Of a stretch of 63,379 bases of DNA, positions 34,312 to 44,531 are shown in pieces. The notes beneath the pieces are model-generated. The model saw only the letters and a list, made by a program, of their open reading frames with translations. It made no database searches and was not told the origin of the DNA. Location of the stretch: contig JAZQOJ010000152.1 of assembly GCA_045627805.1 (NCBI GenBank), forward strand, positions 1 to 63,379. The letters are read 5' to 3'. Source of the stretch: Bacteroidales bacterium (GTDB lineage Bacteria; Bacteroidota; Bacteroidia; Bacteroidales; WCHB1-69). The position numbers were made by a program, and so were the translations under genes. Position 1 is the first letter of the stretch. Every line of letters begins with the position of its first letter.

Positions 34312-34782
34312 TTATCTTAAACGGTCGGCGGCGCGCACTTTTTTCTCATCACGCTTGATGGCCTTATTGGCAAAAAACAGACATACGGCGGGCACCAGCG
34401 ACAGGCAAACCCACGGACTGAAATGCACAAAATCAGCGTTGAACCCTTCCAAATATTTCGGAAATATAAAATTGGGATAGATGTAAAGCATAGCCACCAA
34501 AGCCGCCAGCATCACCAACATATTGATTCCGTTGAACTTGACTTGGCGCATCCGGTTTTTGTACAGAAAAATAGTCACCATTGAAATGATGGCCGAAATC
34601 AGCCAAAGCCCTCCAACGTAAAATGTGCTCAGCGATTGTCCGGTCGTGACATTGGTGAGTTTGAAAGCCGTGTATTCAAAGCCCATTTCATTCAAAGAAA
34701 AATCGCCAATAGTGATGAAACATACGGAAACGGAGAGGGCGGCTGCGACAAAGAGTAATATGGATTGGATTCTTTGTATCAT
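34312..34782 (-). CDS. DUF4293-like membrane protein
   Basis: MIQRIQSILLF start and a 4-5 TM topology characteristic of this Bacteroidota family (from memory). Confidence 0.65.
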   Translation of the reverse strand: MIQRIQSILLFVAAALSVSVCFITIGDFSLNEMGFEYTAFKLTNVTTGQSLSTFYVGGLWLISAIISMVTIFLYKNRMRQVKFNGINMLVMLAALVAMLYIYPNFIFPKYLEGFNADFVHFSPWVCLSLVPAVCLFFANKAIKRDEKKVRAADRLR

Positions 34783-34826
34783 ATTGGATTTCTATTGATA
34801 ATTATCTGATTACTAATTATTTGTAT

Positions 34827-35372
34827 TTATAATTTGCTTCCAACAAAATAATCGTTTTTGTCATCAAACAGGATGTTGAACGAGGTCATTGATCCGTAAA
34901 TACGGGTTATGTATTGTTGGAGATTGACCTTTTCCTCATCCGAGAGGCCGGGATGGCTGTTGATGTTTTGCTCCAGCACGCGCAAACGGTCGCGCATCAT
35001 AACGATTTTGTGGAAAAAAGTCTCGATAGGAATTTCTTTCGGCTTCAGGTCTGGGTTTGCGGGTTGCAGAATGAGCGTGCCTCCTTCCCATTTCTTGCCG
35101 AGTTCGGCCTTGTGCTCAATTGCGTTGTAGCGATTGAGGATAAAGGTGAGCATCCGTTCAAAGTCTTTCACGCTGATGCGTGGCTGCCCGTCGTTGTAGG
35201 GTTCGTCGCAAGCCCGGATGACCGTGAAGGCAGCACTTGTTTTGGCGAACTCCATTTCTCCACCATTGACGAAGATAGCTTTGAATGTCATCGTATCATT
35301 CTGACTGATAATTCCTTCGCCATATTTTTCGTGGTCAATACGGGTGCCTACGCGATAATCTTTTTCTTCCAT
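34827..35372 (-). CDS. hypothetical protein
   Basis: 181-aa ORF in an otherwise unoccupied interval and co-directional with its neighbours. No recognised domain. Confidence 0.55.
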   Translation of the reverse strand: MEEKDYRVGTRIDHEKYGEGIISQNDTMTFKAIFVNGGEMEFAKTSAAFTVIRACDEPYNDGQPRISVKDFERMLTFILNRYNAIEHKAELGKKWEGGTLILQPANPDLKPKEIPIETFFHKIVMMRDRLRVLEQNINSHPGLSDEEKVNLQQYITRIYGSMTSFNILFDDKNDYFVGSKL

Positions 35373-35399
35373 ATAATAATATTGTATGTTTAAGAATTA

Positions 35400-36338
35400 C
35401 TAACGGACGATGCGAGTGCCGCAAGCCGGATTTCCCAGTTGCCCCGCTTCGGTGATGATACATTCGTGACCGCCGTTTTCAACGAAATAGATGGCAGCAC
35501 GGACTTTCGGAGCCATTGAGCCCTCGGTAAAATGACCTTCTTCGAGATATTGTTTGGCTTCAGCGATTGTGATTGTGTCGAGCGCTTTTTCGTTGGGCTT
35601 CTTGAAATTAAGGTAAACTTTCGGGACATCGGTGAGGATGTAGAATTCGTCGGCTCCGATTTCCACGGCGGTCAATGCGGAAGCGAGGTCCTTGTCGATG
35701 ACGGCTTCAACGCCATAGGTGTAACCCTCTTTTACGATAACGGGGATGCCGCCGCCGCCAACCGTGATGACGATGTTTCCGGCATCAGCCAGCTGTTTAA
35801 CGATTTCAATGTTAGCAACTTTCAAAGGTTTTGGGGAAGCGACCACTTTGCGCCAGCCGTTGCCTTTCGGGTCTTCGCGGAAAATGGCGCCGGTAGCAGC
35901 TGCGTATTGGTCGGCTTCTTCCTTCGTGTAGTACGGGCCAACGGGCTTCGTGGGATTCTTGAACATCGGGTCCTCGCCATTGACTTCCACTTGGGTGACG
36001 ATGGTCACAACATTCTTTTTCAGATTTTCCTTTACAAAAATGTTACGGAAACCCTGTTCAATCAAATAGCCAATCGAGCCCTGGGTCTCGGAAACACAGA
36101 AATCCATCGGCATCGACTGCAGACCGAAAGTCTTGTTACCTGCTTCGTGTTGCAGCATCACATTGCCGACTTGTGGTCCGTTGCCGTGTCCGATAACGAT
36201 ATTATAGTCTTGTTTGAGCAAGCCGAGCAACGACTCGCAAGTTTGTGTAACGTTTTGAATTTGTTCCTGATAAGTTCCTTTCTGTCCACTGCGAAGGAGT
36301 GCATTGCCTCCGAACGCCACTACTGCCAATTTTGCCAT
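35400..36338 (-). CDS. arcC: carbamate kinase
   Basis: VVAFGGNAL, ITHGNGPQVG-type (IGHGNGPQVG) and GGGGIP motifs, 312 aa. Confidence 0.9.
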   Translation of the reverse strand: MAKLAVVAFGGNALLRSGQKGTYQEQIQNVTQTCESLLGLLKQDYNIVIGHGNGPQVGNVMLQHEAGNKTFGLQSMPMDFCVSETQGSIGYLIEQGFRNIFVKENLKKNVVTIVTQVEVNGEDPMFKNPTKPVGPYYTKEEADQYAAATGAIFREDPKGNGWRKVVASPKPLKVANIEIVKQLADAGNIVITVGGGGIPVIVKEGYTYGVEAVIDKDLASALTAVEIGADEFYILTDVPKVYLNFKKPNEKALDTITIAEAKQYLEEGHFTEGSMAPKVRAAIYFVENGGHECIITEAGQLGNPACGTRIVR

Positions 36339-36392
36339 AGTTCTAATTTTGCTTTAATATTCGTGTTGATAAATTTAGAATTTTTGAAACTG

Positions 36393-36400
36393 CAAAGATA
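36393..36400 (-). promoter_or_regulatory. -7 box TAnnTTTG (tatctttg on minus strand) for arcC
   Basis: The plus strand reads caaagata, 55 nt upstream of the ATG at 36338. Divergent from the nusB promoter. Confidence 0.5.
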
Positions 36401-36468
36401 CGAAAATAAAAGAAATTTGGCGGAAGGTTACAAAAATTAAAATTGATTCGTAATTCAATAATTTGATG

Positions 36469-36476
36469 TAACTTTG
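36469..36476 (+). promoter_or_regulatory. -7 box TAnnTTTG (taactttg) for nusB
   Basis: Exact motif 22 nt upstream of ATG 36498. The listed ORF start (TTG 36474) lies inside this box. Confidence 0.5.
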
Positions 36477-36497
36477 CACCGCAATTTTTATGAAAAG

Positions 36498-37454
36498 ATG
36501 ATAAGCAGAAGATACTTGAGAATCAAGGTGATGCAGGCTATTTATGCCAAGCAAGCCAACGCAAAAGAAGACCTTGTTACGGGGGAAAAGAATTTGAATG
36601 CCTCCATTCAAAATTGTGAGGTACTGAGTTACCACTTTTTTTCTGTCTTCCCAGAGATAAAACGCTATTTGGAGGACAAATTTGAAGAATGCAAGGCCAA
36701 AAACTACCCCACTTACGAGGATTTGCATCCCAACACGAAATTTGCTGACAATCTGGTTATCAAGCAGATGGAGGAAAGCAGTTATTTCCGTACCAAATGG
36801 GAATCCTTGAAAGTGGATTGGAGTATGTATCCTGAACTGATTTCTCAACTTTTTCAGAAAATTTCTGAACTTCCTGAATATCAGGAATATATGAATACGC
36901 CTGAACGTGATTACCGCTCCGATAAAGACCTCGTTCTTCTGATTATTGAAAAGGTATTTGCTGAAAGCGAACTTCTCCACTGGTGTTTTGAGGAAAAGTT
37001 CGTACACTGGTTTGATGATTATAACGATGCATTACTGCAAGTGTATCAGACTATTACATTCTGGAGAGAGTCTGCTGCGAATGTTGAAGGCATTAAGCTG
37101 TTCAAGGACCCTGTGGAAGACAAGGAATTTTACCAGAACTTATATCGCAAAACCATTCTGAACGACGGCAAATATCATCAACTTATTGAAGAAAAACTCC
37201 ATAACTGGGAATCCGAACGTATTATTGAAACCGATATGATTTTAATGAAAATGGCGGTTTGCGAGTTGCTGGAGTTCCCTAATATTCCTACGAAAGTCAC
37301 TATTAACGAATACATTGAAATCGCCAAGGTTTATGGCTCCGACAAGAGTGCGACCTTTATCAATGGAATGATTGACAGAATCGCGGCTGACTTGCGTGAA
37401 GATGGTGCACTGAACAAATCAGGTCGTGGCTTGTTAGATCGGTCGTGTAAATAA
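36498..37454 (+). CDS. nusB: transcription antitermination factor NusB (long Bacteroidota form)
   Basis: ISRRYLRIKVMQAIYA N-terminus and a C-terminal NusB fold region (ETDMILMKMAVCELLEF..IP.KV.INEYIEIAK.Y). Confidence 0.8.
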   Translation: MISRRYLRIKVMQAIYAKQANAKEDLVTGEKNLNASIQNCEVLSYHFFSVFPEIKRYLEDKFEECKAKNYPTYEDLHPNTKFADNLVIKQMEESSYFRTKWESLKVDWSMYPELISQLFQKISELPEYQEYMNTPERDYRSDKDLVLLIIEKVFAESELLHWCFEEKFVHWFDDYNDALLQVYQTITFWRESAANVEGIKLFKDPVEDKEFYQNLYRKTILNDGKYHQLIEEKLHNWESERIIETDMILMKMAVCELLEFPNIPTKVTINEYIEIAKVYGSDKSATFINGMIDRIAADLREDGALNKSGRGLLDRSCK

Positions 37455-37464
37455 TTTACTAAAA

Positions 37465-37917
37465 ATGAAGAAGTTATATATTATTCTTTCGTTAGTTGTT
37501 TTGTGCTTTCTTACTACGGACTGCACGAAAAAAACGAAAATCATTGTCCACAATCCCGTCACGGCTGAGGGAGGGCGTGTTTCTAAGGCAGATCCGAATG
37601 GGCCGAAAATCCAGTTCGACGAGACTACTTACGATTTCGGAACCGTGATGCAGGGAGAGCGCCTGAGCCATACTTTCACGTTTACCAATACGGGCAAGTC
37701 GGACTTGTTAATCAGTTCTGCCACAGCGTCTTGTGGATGCACAACCTCGCAACCGCCTCGCACGCCCATCCGCCCTGGTGAAAAGGGAGAACTGAAAGTA
37801 CAATTCGATTCCAAAACCAAGCAGGGACCTGTTGAGAATACCATTCGTGTGGCGGCTAACACCTATCCCACACGCACGGTATTGACCATCAAGGCAGATG
37901 TGAAAGTTGTTGAATAA
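37465..37917 (+). CDS. DUF1573 domain-containing protein
   Basis: Lipoprotein signal. F.F.N.G...L.I....SCGCT motif. Confidence 0.8.
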   Translation: MKKLYIILSLVVLCFLTTDCTKKTKIIVHNPVTAEGGRVSKADPNGPKIQFDETTYDFGTVMQGERLSHTFTFTNTGKSDLLISSATASCGCTTSQPPRTPIRPGEKGELKVQFDSKTKQGPVENTIRVAANTYPTRTVLTIKADVKVVE

Positions 37918-37948
37918 CAATTAATTATTAATATTAAAACTATTTTTT

Positions 37949-38281
37949 ATGAACAATCTTATTTTATTAATGCAGCCCGCTGCAAATGGTCAGCAGAGTA
38001 GTAGTGGTGGTTGGAGTATGCTTATTTTCTTCTTGGCTATCATCCTCATTTTCTGGTTGTTTATGATTCGTCCGCAGCAGAAAAGACAAAGACGGATTGA
38101 AGAAGCTCGTCAAGCTTTGCAAAAGGGTGACCAGATCATTACTATTGGTGGCATTCACGGAAAAATCGTGGATGTTAGAGAAAAAACTTTTGTTATTTCT
38201 GTTGAAGACAATAACAAACTGGAAATTGAAAAGGCAGCCGTTGCTATTGACGAAAACAACCTCAAGTCAGAGAATAAATAA
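37949..38281 (+). CDS. yajC: preprotein translocase subunit YajC
   Basis: 110 aa, one TM helix, then RPQQKRQ...L.KGD.I.T.GG..G.I motif. Confidence 0.85.
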   Translation: MNNLILLMQPAANGQQSSSGGWSMLIFFLAIILIFWLFMIRPQQKRQRRIEEARQALQKGDQIITIGGIHGKIVDVREKTFVISVEDNNKLEIEKAAVAIDENNLKSENK

Positions 38282-38721
38282 TGTCATTGAAGCGCCGCAA
38301 TTCAACTTATAGATCACAAGGTGGGCACGTGAAAATGCCCTCCTTGGCTTTTTTTATTTGCTTAGGAATTAGCTTGTTGCTGTGGATATTTATGAAATTG
38401 TCGCGCGAATACACACTTTCTTACGAGTACACGGTAACCAGTTGCGATGTTCCTAAGGGGAAATCGGTTGACCAGCTATCTTCCAACACATTATCATTGA
38501 CATTCAAAGGAAGGGGTTTCTATTTTCTAAATCCGAAATTCTTAGAAAAAAATAGACATATTGATTTGTCTATCAATAATTTGTATAAGGACAAGGGCTC
38601 TGTGGAAACCACGCAGTTTACGCAGAATGAGTTGGCCGACTATATTAAGCAATACGAAGACCTCGGTTCAGAATTTGTTTCTGTGACCGATCCGAATGTG
38701 CTTTTCGTGTACGTGAAGTAA
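38281..38721 (+). CDS. hypothetical membrane-anchored protein (possibly short YbbR-like)
   Basis: The ATG overlaps the yajC stop (TAATG). One TM helix. The position after yajC matches where YbbR-like genes sit in other Bacteroidota, but that is recalled from memory and not verifiable here. Confidence 0.45.
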   Translation: MSLKRRNSTYRSQGGHVKMPSLAFFICLGISLLLWIFMKLSREYTLSYEYTVTSCDVPKGKSVDQLSSNTLSLTFKGRGFYFLNPKFLEKNRHIDLSINNLYKDKGSVETTQFTQNELADYIKQYEDLGSEFVSVTDPNVLFVYVK

Positions 38722-38907
38722 AAAACTTCCAAAATTTTCTTTGTTTTGTTATACGGATGCGCAAGTTTTGCACTTCGCATTGGTCGTTGTTTGTTGATTT
38801 TTGAAAGTAATATCTTGTTTTTTAGATAGTTGTGATTTCGCAAAAAGCAGACCTTAAAAAATGTTAAAAGTCGTTTCCCCCTCTTGAAATCGCCTCCCTG
38901 TTTATCA

Positions 38908-38915
38908 TATCTTTG
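38908..38915 (+). promoter_or_regulatory. -7 box TAnnTTTG (tatctttg)
   Basis: Exact motif 43 nt upstream of the ATG at 38958. Confidence 0.55.
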
Positions 38916-38957
38916 CAGCGTTCTCATTTCACTAACAAAACTAAAAAATGATGGCTT

Positions 38958-41900
38958 ATGAAGAATCTTATTCTCACACTGCTTTCCGTGATTGCGTTCA
39001 CGGGTGCGATTGCACAAACCGATTCGCTTTCCTTTTCCCATTCATTTGCTTCTGAGATTGATAGGTCTATCGTCCAGGATTACAATGTATTACGACCTTA
39101 TTTTGATGAAGCGTATTCGCTGTATCCTTCCATCCCACGTGGAATGTTGGAGGCGGTCTCGTATAATTACACTCGTTTTCATCATTTGAAGCCCGACTTG
39201 TCGCAGCTTGACTCTAATGACATTCCAGCTACTTACGGCGTGATGGGGCTCACGTTGGATGGGAAGGGCTATTTTCGGGAAAATCTGCGCAAAGTGTCGG
39301 ATTTGTCTGGATATTCAGCGGCCGACATTATTGCGTCCCCGAGAATCAGCATTATCGCTTATGCCGCGGCGTATGCTCAATTGCAAAAATCAATGAATGT
39401 ATTCAGCGCCCAATTGGCAGATCACGCTCCCATCTTGCTCGAATTGGGTGAACTCCCGCTCTCTCAACAGCGGCAGCAGCAGTTTGCTGTCAACAGCAAC
39501 TTGTATGCCATTCTTTCATTCTTTGACAACGCAGACTATTGTTCCGCGATAGGAATTGACTTGCCGAGCATCCATTACGAGCGTTGTTTTGGGGAAATGT
39601 TTCCGTTGTTGCAAGCCAAGAACGTGAGTTTAGGTGTGGATGGCGAAGTATATTCCGACGGCGAGGTTAGCACGTTGCGCGGAGCCGACCACGAGAATGC
39701 TATTTGGAATTCTGCGGCGACGTGTAACTACTCGTCGCGGAATGGACGCACGGTATCGGCCATCACCATTCATTACACGCAAGGTACTTATGCAAGTGCT
39801 ATTTCTTGGTTCCAGAATTGCTCATCGCAGGTTTCGGCGCATTACGTTGTGCGCTCCTCCGATGGCCAGATTACACAGATGGTAAGAGAAGCAGACAAGG
39901 CCTGGCACGTGGGAAATTGTAATGGATATACTGTTGGAATTGAACACGAAGCTTACGGTAACATATACAGTTATTTCACTCCAATTATGTACGAAAAGTC
40001 GGCGGCACTCACTCGTGATATCTGTGATAGGAATGGAATTTCGCCGCTCCGAATGTTTTATCGCGACACTTTGGACGATGGAACTGTGCTCAACAGCGGT
40101 ATCCACGACTTGGGTGGGGAGAGTGCGTGTACCAAAATCAGAGGACACCAGCATTTTCCAGGGCAATCGCATACCGATCCGGGCCAATATTGGAATTGGA
40201 ATTACTATTTCAAACTTGTTAACCACGATACGCCTGTGACCACATACACCAGTGTAACGGGAATCTTGACCGATGCGGGTGGAGCGAGTGGAAACTATGG
40301 GAATGACGTGCGGGAACTCTATCTCATTCAGGTGGATGGTGCTGAAAACATTACCCTCGCATTTTCAGAGTTCGCATTGGAAGCCGGCTATGATTTCCTA
40401 TGGATTTATGATGGAAATTCAGTGTATGCCCCACTTATTGGGCGTTGGAATACTACCTCACCGGGGACGATAACTTCTTCAGGAAATGCACTTTTAGTGG
40501 AATTCCGTTCCGACTGCGCAACCACGGATGCTGGCTGGATTGCACAATGGACGGCTCATCTTCCCGTCGTTGACTTGCAACCCACTACAGAAATCGTTTG
40601 GAATGAAGAACTGTGGGCGACGGAGAACTTTTTTGTGCAATTCCAGGATGCTGATGACAATGGCATCGCCTACCGTTTCTTCCAAGTGATGGGTAACGAT
40701 GGACACCGCTGGACTGCTAACCCGCAACAAGGTTTTTACTGCGACAATTTTGATAACTTCAACACCTCTCTTTGGACTTCCTTTTCTGGGAATTGGCGAG
40801 TGGAGTCAAACCAATTGAAACAAGATATGCAAGGAAATGCCACTGTGAGCTCACCGCTTCATACGGACACGAGTAACGTGTATTTGTATGATTTTTATGC
40901 TGGTGCGCGAAGTCTTGGAATGAGTGGCGGAACATTCGGTATATTCTTTCACAGTGATCAAGTGAATCAGGGGATGGCCCGCAATGGTTATTTGTTGCAG
41001 ATTTCACCATCTACCAGCGAGATTCTGCTTTGCCGAATGGTATCAGGTAACAAACAATATTTGACAACGGCGCACGGATTTACTTCCACAACCGATACAC
41101 TTTTTTATAGAATCATTCATAATGCGAGCAATGGAGAAATCAAAGTTTTCAGGAATGGGAATTTACTTCTTGAGTTCACAGATGCGACACCGCTTGCAAT
41201 CCAAGGAGAAGTTTTCGGATTCGTCACGCAAAATGAGGGGGTAGTGGTTGACAACCTTCGGGTGTATCGGTCACGGGGCAATGAAGTGGAGATCATAACA
41301 GGTGATGGTGAATGTTGTGAAGCTTGCTTTCAAGCGAACCAGCAGGCGGCTCGTACCAAAATCAAGTCGGTAATTGTGGACAATGCGGGGAATTTCTCGA
41401 CACTGAAAGAAAAACTTGTGAAGGTGGATTTTTCACAGCCACGGTTCCAGGGCATCGTGAAGCAAAGATTGGTTAGTCCATTGTCTGTTAACGCAGCGAA
41501 AACGAATCTGACGATCACTTGCGAAAGTGCAACCGACGAACAATCCGATATACAGGGTTATGAGTTCGTTGTTGAGAACACATCTATGAACAATAGGACC
41601 AAAGAGTATCGCGTTTTCTCTGAATCCCCAACATTTACCTATCAATTCACCAATTTGGGTGCTGATTCGTATTCCGTAAGAGCGCGAGCGCTTAACAATG
41701 CGGGACTGTATTCTCCCTATATCGCAATTCGTGATAAAGGGACTTCAAAACCGATGATTGCTACAACACGAAGTTTGGAGTTGACGGTTTTGCCCAATCC
41801 TGCCTCCGATTATGTTGAGATTAGTCTTTTACCTTCTCCGCTGGAAGAATCATTTGGCTATGACAACAATTCTTGCAAGATGCTTTTCAACTATGGAGAT

Positions 41901-42080
41901 GTAGAAAATGCTGACTATCAAATTCGTGCATATAATTTATTGGGCCAGCTTATGTTAGAGCGGACTCTTGGACAGCTGACAGAACGAATTCCTATTGGTG
42001 ATTGGGCTCCTGGAATGTACATTTTCCAGGTCCTTTTACAAAACCAGATTGTCGGATGGCAAAAAGTTATTAAGCAATAA
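38958..42080 (+). CDS. T9SS-secreted multidomain N-acetylmuramoyl-L-alanine amidase (amidase_2/PGRP type)
   Basis: Signal peptide. Amidase_2 core ITIHYTQG......VSAHYVV..DG.I.QMV...DKAWHVG..N..T.GIEHE. A CUB-like module (YDFLWIYDG) and FN3-like region. C-terminal LTVLPNPASDYVEISL...GMYIFQV T9SS sorting domain. Confidence 0.8.
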   Translation: MKNLILTLLSVIAFTGAIAQTDSLSFSHSFASEIDRSIVQDYNVLRPYFDEAYSLYPSIPRGMLEAVSYNYTRFHHLKPDLSQLDSNDIPATYGVMGLTLDGKGYFRENLRKVSDLSGYSAADIIASPRISIIAYAAAYAQLQKSMNVFSAQLADHAPILLELGELPLSQQRQQQFAVNSNLYAILSFFDNADYCSAIGIDLPSIHYERCFGEMFPLLQAKNVSLGVDGEVYSDGEVSTLRGADHENAIWNSAATCNYSSRNGRTVSAITIHYTQGTYASAISWFQNCSSQVSAHYVVRSSDGQITQMVREADKAWHVGNCNGYTVGIEHEAYGNIYSYFTPIMYEKSAALTRDICDRNGISPLRMFYRDTLDDGTVLNSGIHDLGGESACTKIRGHQHFPGQSHTDPGQYWNWNYYFKLVNHDTPVTTYTSVTGILTDAGGASGNYGNDVRELYLIQVDGAENITLAFSEFALEAGYDFLWIYDGNSVYAPLIGRWNTTSPGTITSSGNALLVEFRSDCATTDAGWIAQWTAHLPVVDLQPTTEIVWNEELWATENFFVQFQDADDNGIAYRFFQVMGNDGHRWTANPQQGFYCDNFDNFNTSLWTSFSGNWRVESNQLKQDMQGNATVSSPLHTDTSNVYLYDFYAGARSLGMSGGTFGIFFHSDQVNQGMARNGYLLQISPSTSEILLCRMVSGNKQYLTTAHGFTSTTDTLFYRIIHNASNGEIKVFRNGNLLLEFTDATPLAIQGEVFGFVTQNEGVVVDNLRVYRSRGNEVEIITGDGECCEACFQANQQAARTKIKSVIVDNAGNFSTLKEKLVKVDFSQPRFQGIVKQRLVSPLSVNAAKTNLTITCESATDEQSDIQGYEFVVENTSMNNRTKEYRVFSESPTFTYQFTNLGADSYSVRARALNNAGLYSPYIAIRDKGTSKPMIATTRSLELTVLPNPASDYVEISLLPSPLEESFGYDNNSCKMLFNYGDVENADYQIRAYNLLGQLMLERTLGQLTERIPIGDWAPGMYIFQVLLQNQIVGWQKVIKQ

Positions 42081-42175
42081 TGTTCAACAAAGGTTTGTTT
42101 TCCCTTTGTCATTCATTTTCATTAATTTAGTTGGTTTAGGGCTGCTCCTTTTGAGTGGCCCTAATTCTTTTAGGT

Positions 42176-44026
42176 TTAGGAAAGCAATTTTTCTAAAGAT
42201 TCGGCCTCTCTTTTTTCAAAAATCTTTTTCCCGGAAGGTGTTATCGTAGGAAGGATGCAAGAGAACAGCATTCTCAGGAAATTGTTGACCTCGTCTAACG
42301 AAGAGAGAGGTTTCATAATGGAGCGTTTTTGTCGTGCCATACTGAGTGCCAGATTCTTATCACGATTTTCGCGGGAATTCATCATATTGGCAGTATAATT
42401 GTCTAAGAGATTCTCCATTAATTCTTGAATATTGGATGCGTCTTCATCGCAGGGGGTTCCGTTCACGGCAAACTGGAACTGAGTCATTGGCTCAATGTCA
42501 TATCCCAGGTTGTGAATATCTTCGCGAATTTCCGTTAGCATTTCGGCCCGAGCCGCTGTCAGCGTAATGGTTTCTGGAAATAAGAGCTGCTGCACCACAA
42601 TCGGTTTTTCTCGCAAGGCCTGCAAATAGGATTCGTAAATAATTCTCTCATTGGCTCTTATCACATCAATAACGGTCAGCACATTGTGCAGTTTGACGAT
42701 TAAATATCTTTTATAGACCAGCAAATAGGATTCCACAGAAATCTCCTCAGTAGCGGCGTCATCTTGAAAAATCATTCCAGAAGGAGCGGGTTCGGGAGAA
42801 ACTTCCACATTGGTTTGTTTGATTTCGCGCAGGAAACTATCCCAATCTTGGGAGTTGTCTTTCGGATGCCCTGTGTAAGGTGTGTAAGCAGGTCTCGAAG
42901 TTGAACCAGAAGTGTTGAACGGATTGTAATTCGGATTCAGGTTTAGCGAAGGCATCCTCACCTCCTTGCTTTCAGGAATGTTGTCCAAATCCATCTCCGT
43001 ATCGTACTCGAAATTCAATTGCGGAACGAGGGCGAATTCGCCGAGCGATTTTTTGACAGCCGCATTGAGAAAGCCAAATACCAAACGGTCGTCTTGCAAT
43101 TTGACTTCGATCTTGGTGGGACTGATGTTGACATCCACGGTGGCAGGATCAATTTCTATGCAGAGAAAATAGGGCGGGTGCTGACCTTCCGGAATCACTT
43201 GGCTATACGCAGATTCAATGGCGAAATTGAGCGAATTGTTTTTTACAAATCGTTGATTCAGAAAAAGATACTGCTCACTTTTCCTTTTTTTTGCATTTTC
43301 AGGTTTCCCTAAAAGGCCAAACACTTTGATGAAATTTGTTTCGTGCTCAATCGGGAAAACCTTATCGTTGAAATGCGTGCCGAAAATTCCCACGACGCGC
43401 TGCTTGAGGTTTCCCGACTTGAGTTGCATCACCAAATTCCCATTATGGTACAAATCGAAAGCGATGTCGTGGTGAATGATGGCAACGCGATTGAATTCTT
43501 CTTCGATATTGCTGAATTCAGTAGCATCCGATTTCAAGAAATTGCGTCGAGCGGGAACATTGTAGAACAGATTTTTCACAGAAATGCTCGTCCCGTCATT
43601 GGTGGCGATAGGGCTGTGTTCTTTGATGTTAGAACCTTCGATGATCACCTGAGTCCCCATTTCATCAGTGGGGCGTTTGGTTTTCAACTCGACTTGAGCG
43701 ATGGCGGCAATGGAAGCGAGGGCTTCGCCACGGAATCCCTTTGTGCGAATGGTGAACAAGTCGTCGGCCTTGGTGATTTTGGAAGTCGCGTGGCGTTCAA
43801 AGCAGAGGCGCGCATCCTGAAAACTCATTCCTTTCCCATTGTCAATCACCTGGATGAGTGTGCGCCCGGCATCTTTCAAAACCAATTGTATGTGGGTAGC
43901 GCCAGCATCTATTGCATTTTCTAACAATTCTTTAACCGCAGAAGCTGGGCGCTGCACAACTTCACCGGCAGCAATCTGATTGGCTACCGCATCTGAAAGC
44001 AAGTGTATGATATCGTCCATTTGCAT
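42176..44026 (-). CDS. mutL: DNA mismatch repair protein MutL
   Basis: IIHLLSDAVANQIAAGEVVQRPASAVKELLENAIDAG and GFRGEAL motifs. Start set to Met at 44026 (or 44020), downstream of the -7 box at 44041-44048. Confidence 0.9.
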   Translation of the reverse strand: MQMDDIIHLLSDAVANQIAAGEVVQRPASAVKELLENAIDAGATHIQLVLKDAGRTLIQVIDNGKGMSFQDARLCFERHATSKITKADDLFTIRTKGFRGEALASIAAIAQVELKTKRPTDEMGTQVIIEGSNIKEHSPIATNDGTSISVKNLFYNVPARRNFLKSDATEFSNIEEEFNRVAIIHHDIAFDLYHNGNLVMQLKSGNLKQRVVGIFGTHFNDKVFPIEHETNFIKVFGLLGKPENAKKRKSEQYLFLNQRFVKNNSLNFAIESAYSQVIPEGQHPPYFLCIEIDPATVDVNISPTKIEVKLQDDRLVFGFLNAAVKKSLGEFALVPQLNFEYDTEMDLDNIPESKEVRMPSLNLNPNYNPFNTSGSTSRPAYTPYTGHPKDNSQDWDSFLREIKQTNVEVSPEPAPSGMIFQDDAATEEISVESYLLVYKRYLIVKLHNVLTVIDVIRANERIIYESYLQALREKPIVVQQLLFPETITLTAARAEMLTEIREDIHNLGYDIEPMTQFQFAVNGTPCDEDASNIQELMENLLDNYTANMMNSRENRDKNLALSMARQKRSIMKPLSSLDEVNNFLRMLFSCILPTITPSGKKIFEKREAESLEKLLS

Positions 44027-44040
44027 TTTTTTTGGGAATG

Positions 44041-44048
44041 CAAAGTTA
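44041..44048 (-). promoter_or_regulatory. -7 box TAnnTTTG (taactttg on minus strand) for mutL
   Basis: The plus strand reads caaagtta. It lies inside the listed long ORF, which argues for the shorter start. Confidence 0.45.
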
Positions 44049-44076
44049 CGCAATTCCTTTCACAATTCGTACTGAA

Positions 44077-44529
44077 CTATGAAAAAAGATTAAGCAAAGC
44101 GGCGCAACCTTCGGTGACATCCTTCCAAGTCGCATCAAAATTCCCCGTGTACCAGGGGTCTGCCACATCGTGCGGCGACGAAGTGTGGTCCATCAGCAAA
44201 GAAACCTTGTGCGCGTCGTCGGTGCCGATGATGCGCTGAATGCCGCGTAAGTTGCTGTGGTCCATTGCGATGATGGCATCGTAATAGTCGTAGTCGGCGC
44301 GTGTCATCTGGCGGGCGGTTTTCCCCTGGCAAGAGATGCCGTTCTCGTTGAGCTTGCGTCGAGCGGGCGGATAAACCGGATTTCCAATTTCATCGGTAGA
44401 GGTGGCCGCGGACGCGATTTCAAATTCAGTTTCGCGCCCCGCCTCTTTTACCATTTTTTTCATCACGAACTCGGCCATCGGGCTGCGGCAGATGTTGCCC
44501 AGACAAACGAAAAGTATTTTGTGAGCCAT
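44077..44529 (-). CDS. low-molecular-weight protein-tyrosine phosphatase
   Basis: ILFVCLGNICRSPMAE (CX5R P-loop) and a DP motif near the C-terminus. Start moved to Met at 44529. Confidence 0.85.
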   Translation of the reverse strand: MAHKILFVCLGNICRSPMAEFVMKKMVKEAGRETEFEIASAATSTDEIGNPVYPPARRKLNENGISCQGKTARQMTRADYDYYDAIIAMDHSNLRGIQRIIGTDDAHKVSLLMDHTSSPHDVADPWYTGNFDATWKDVTEGCAALLNLFS

Positions 44530-44531
44530 TT

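Noticed and set aside
38722-38957. 236-nt intergenic region before the amidase gene as a candidate sRNA or riboswitch
   Set aside because: It contains only a short bulged hairpin (tgcgcaagt..acttcgca), a degenerate copy of the terminal motif and the promoter box. There is no extended conserved structure or second copy to support an RNA gene.
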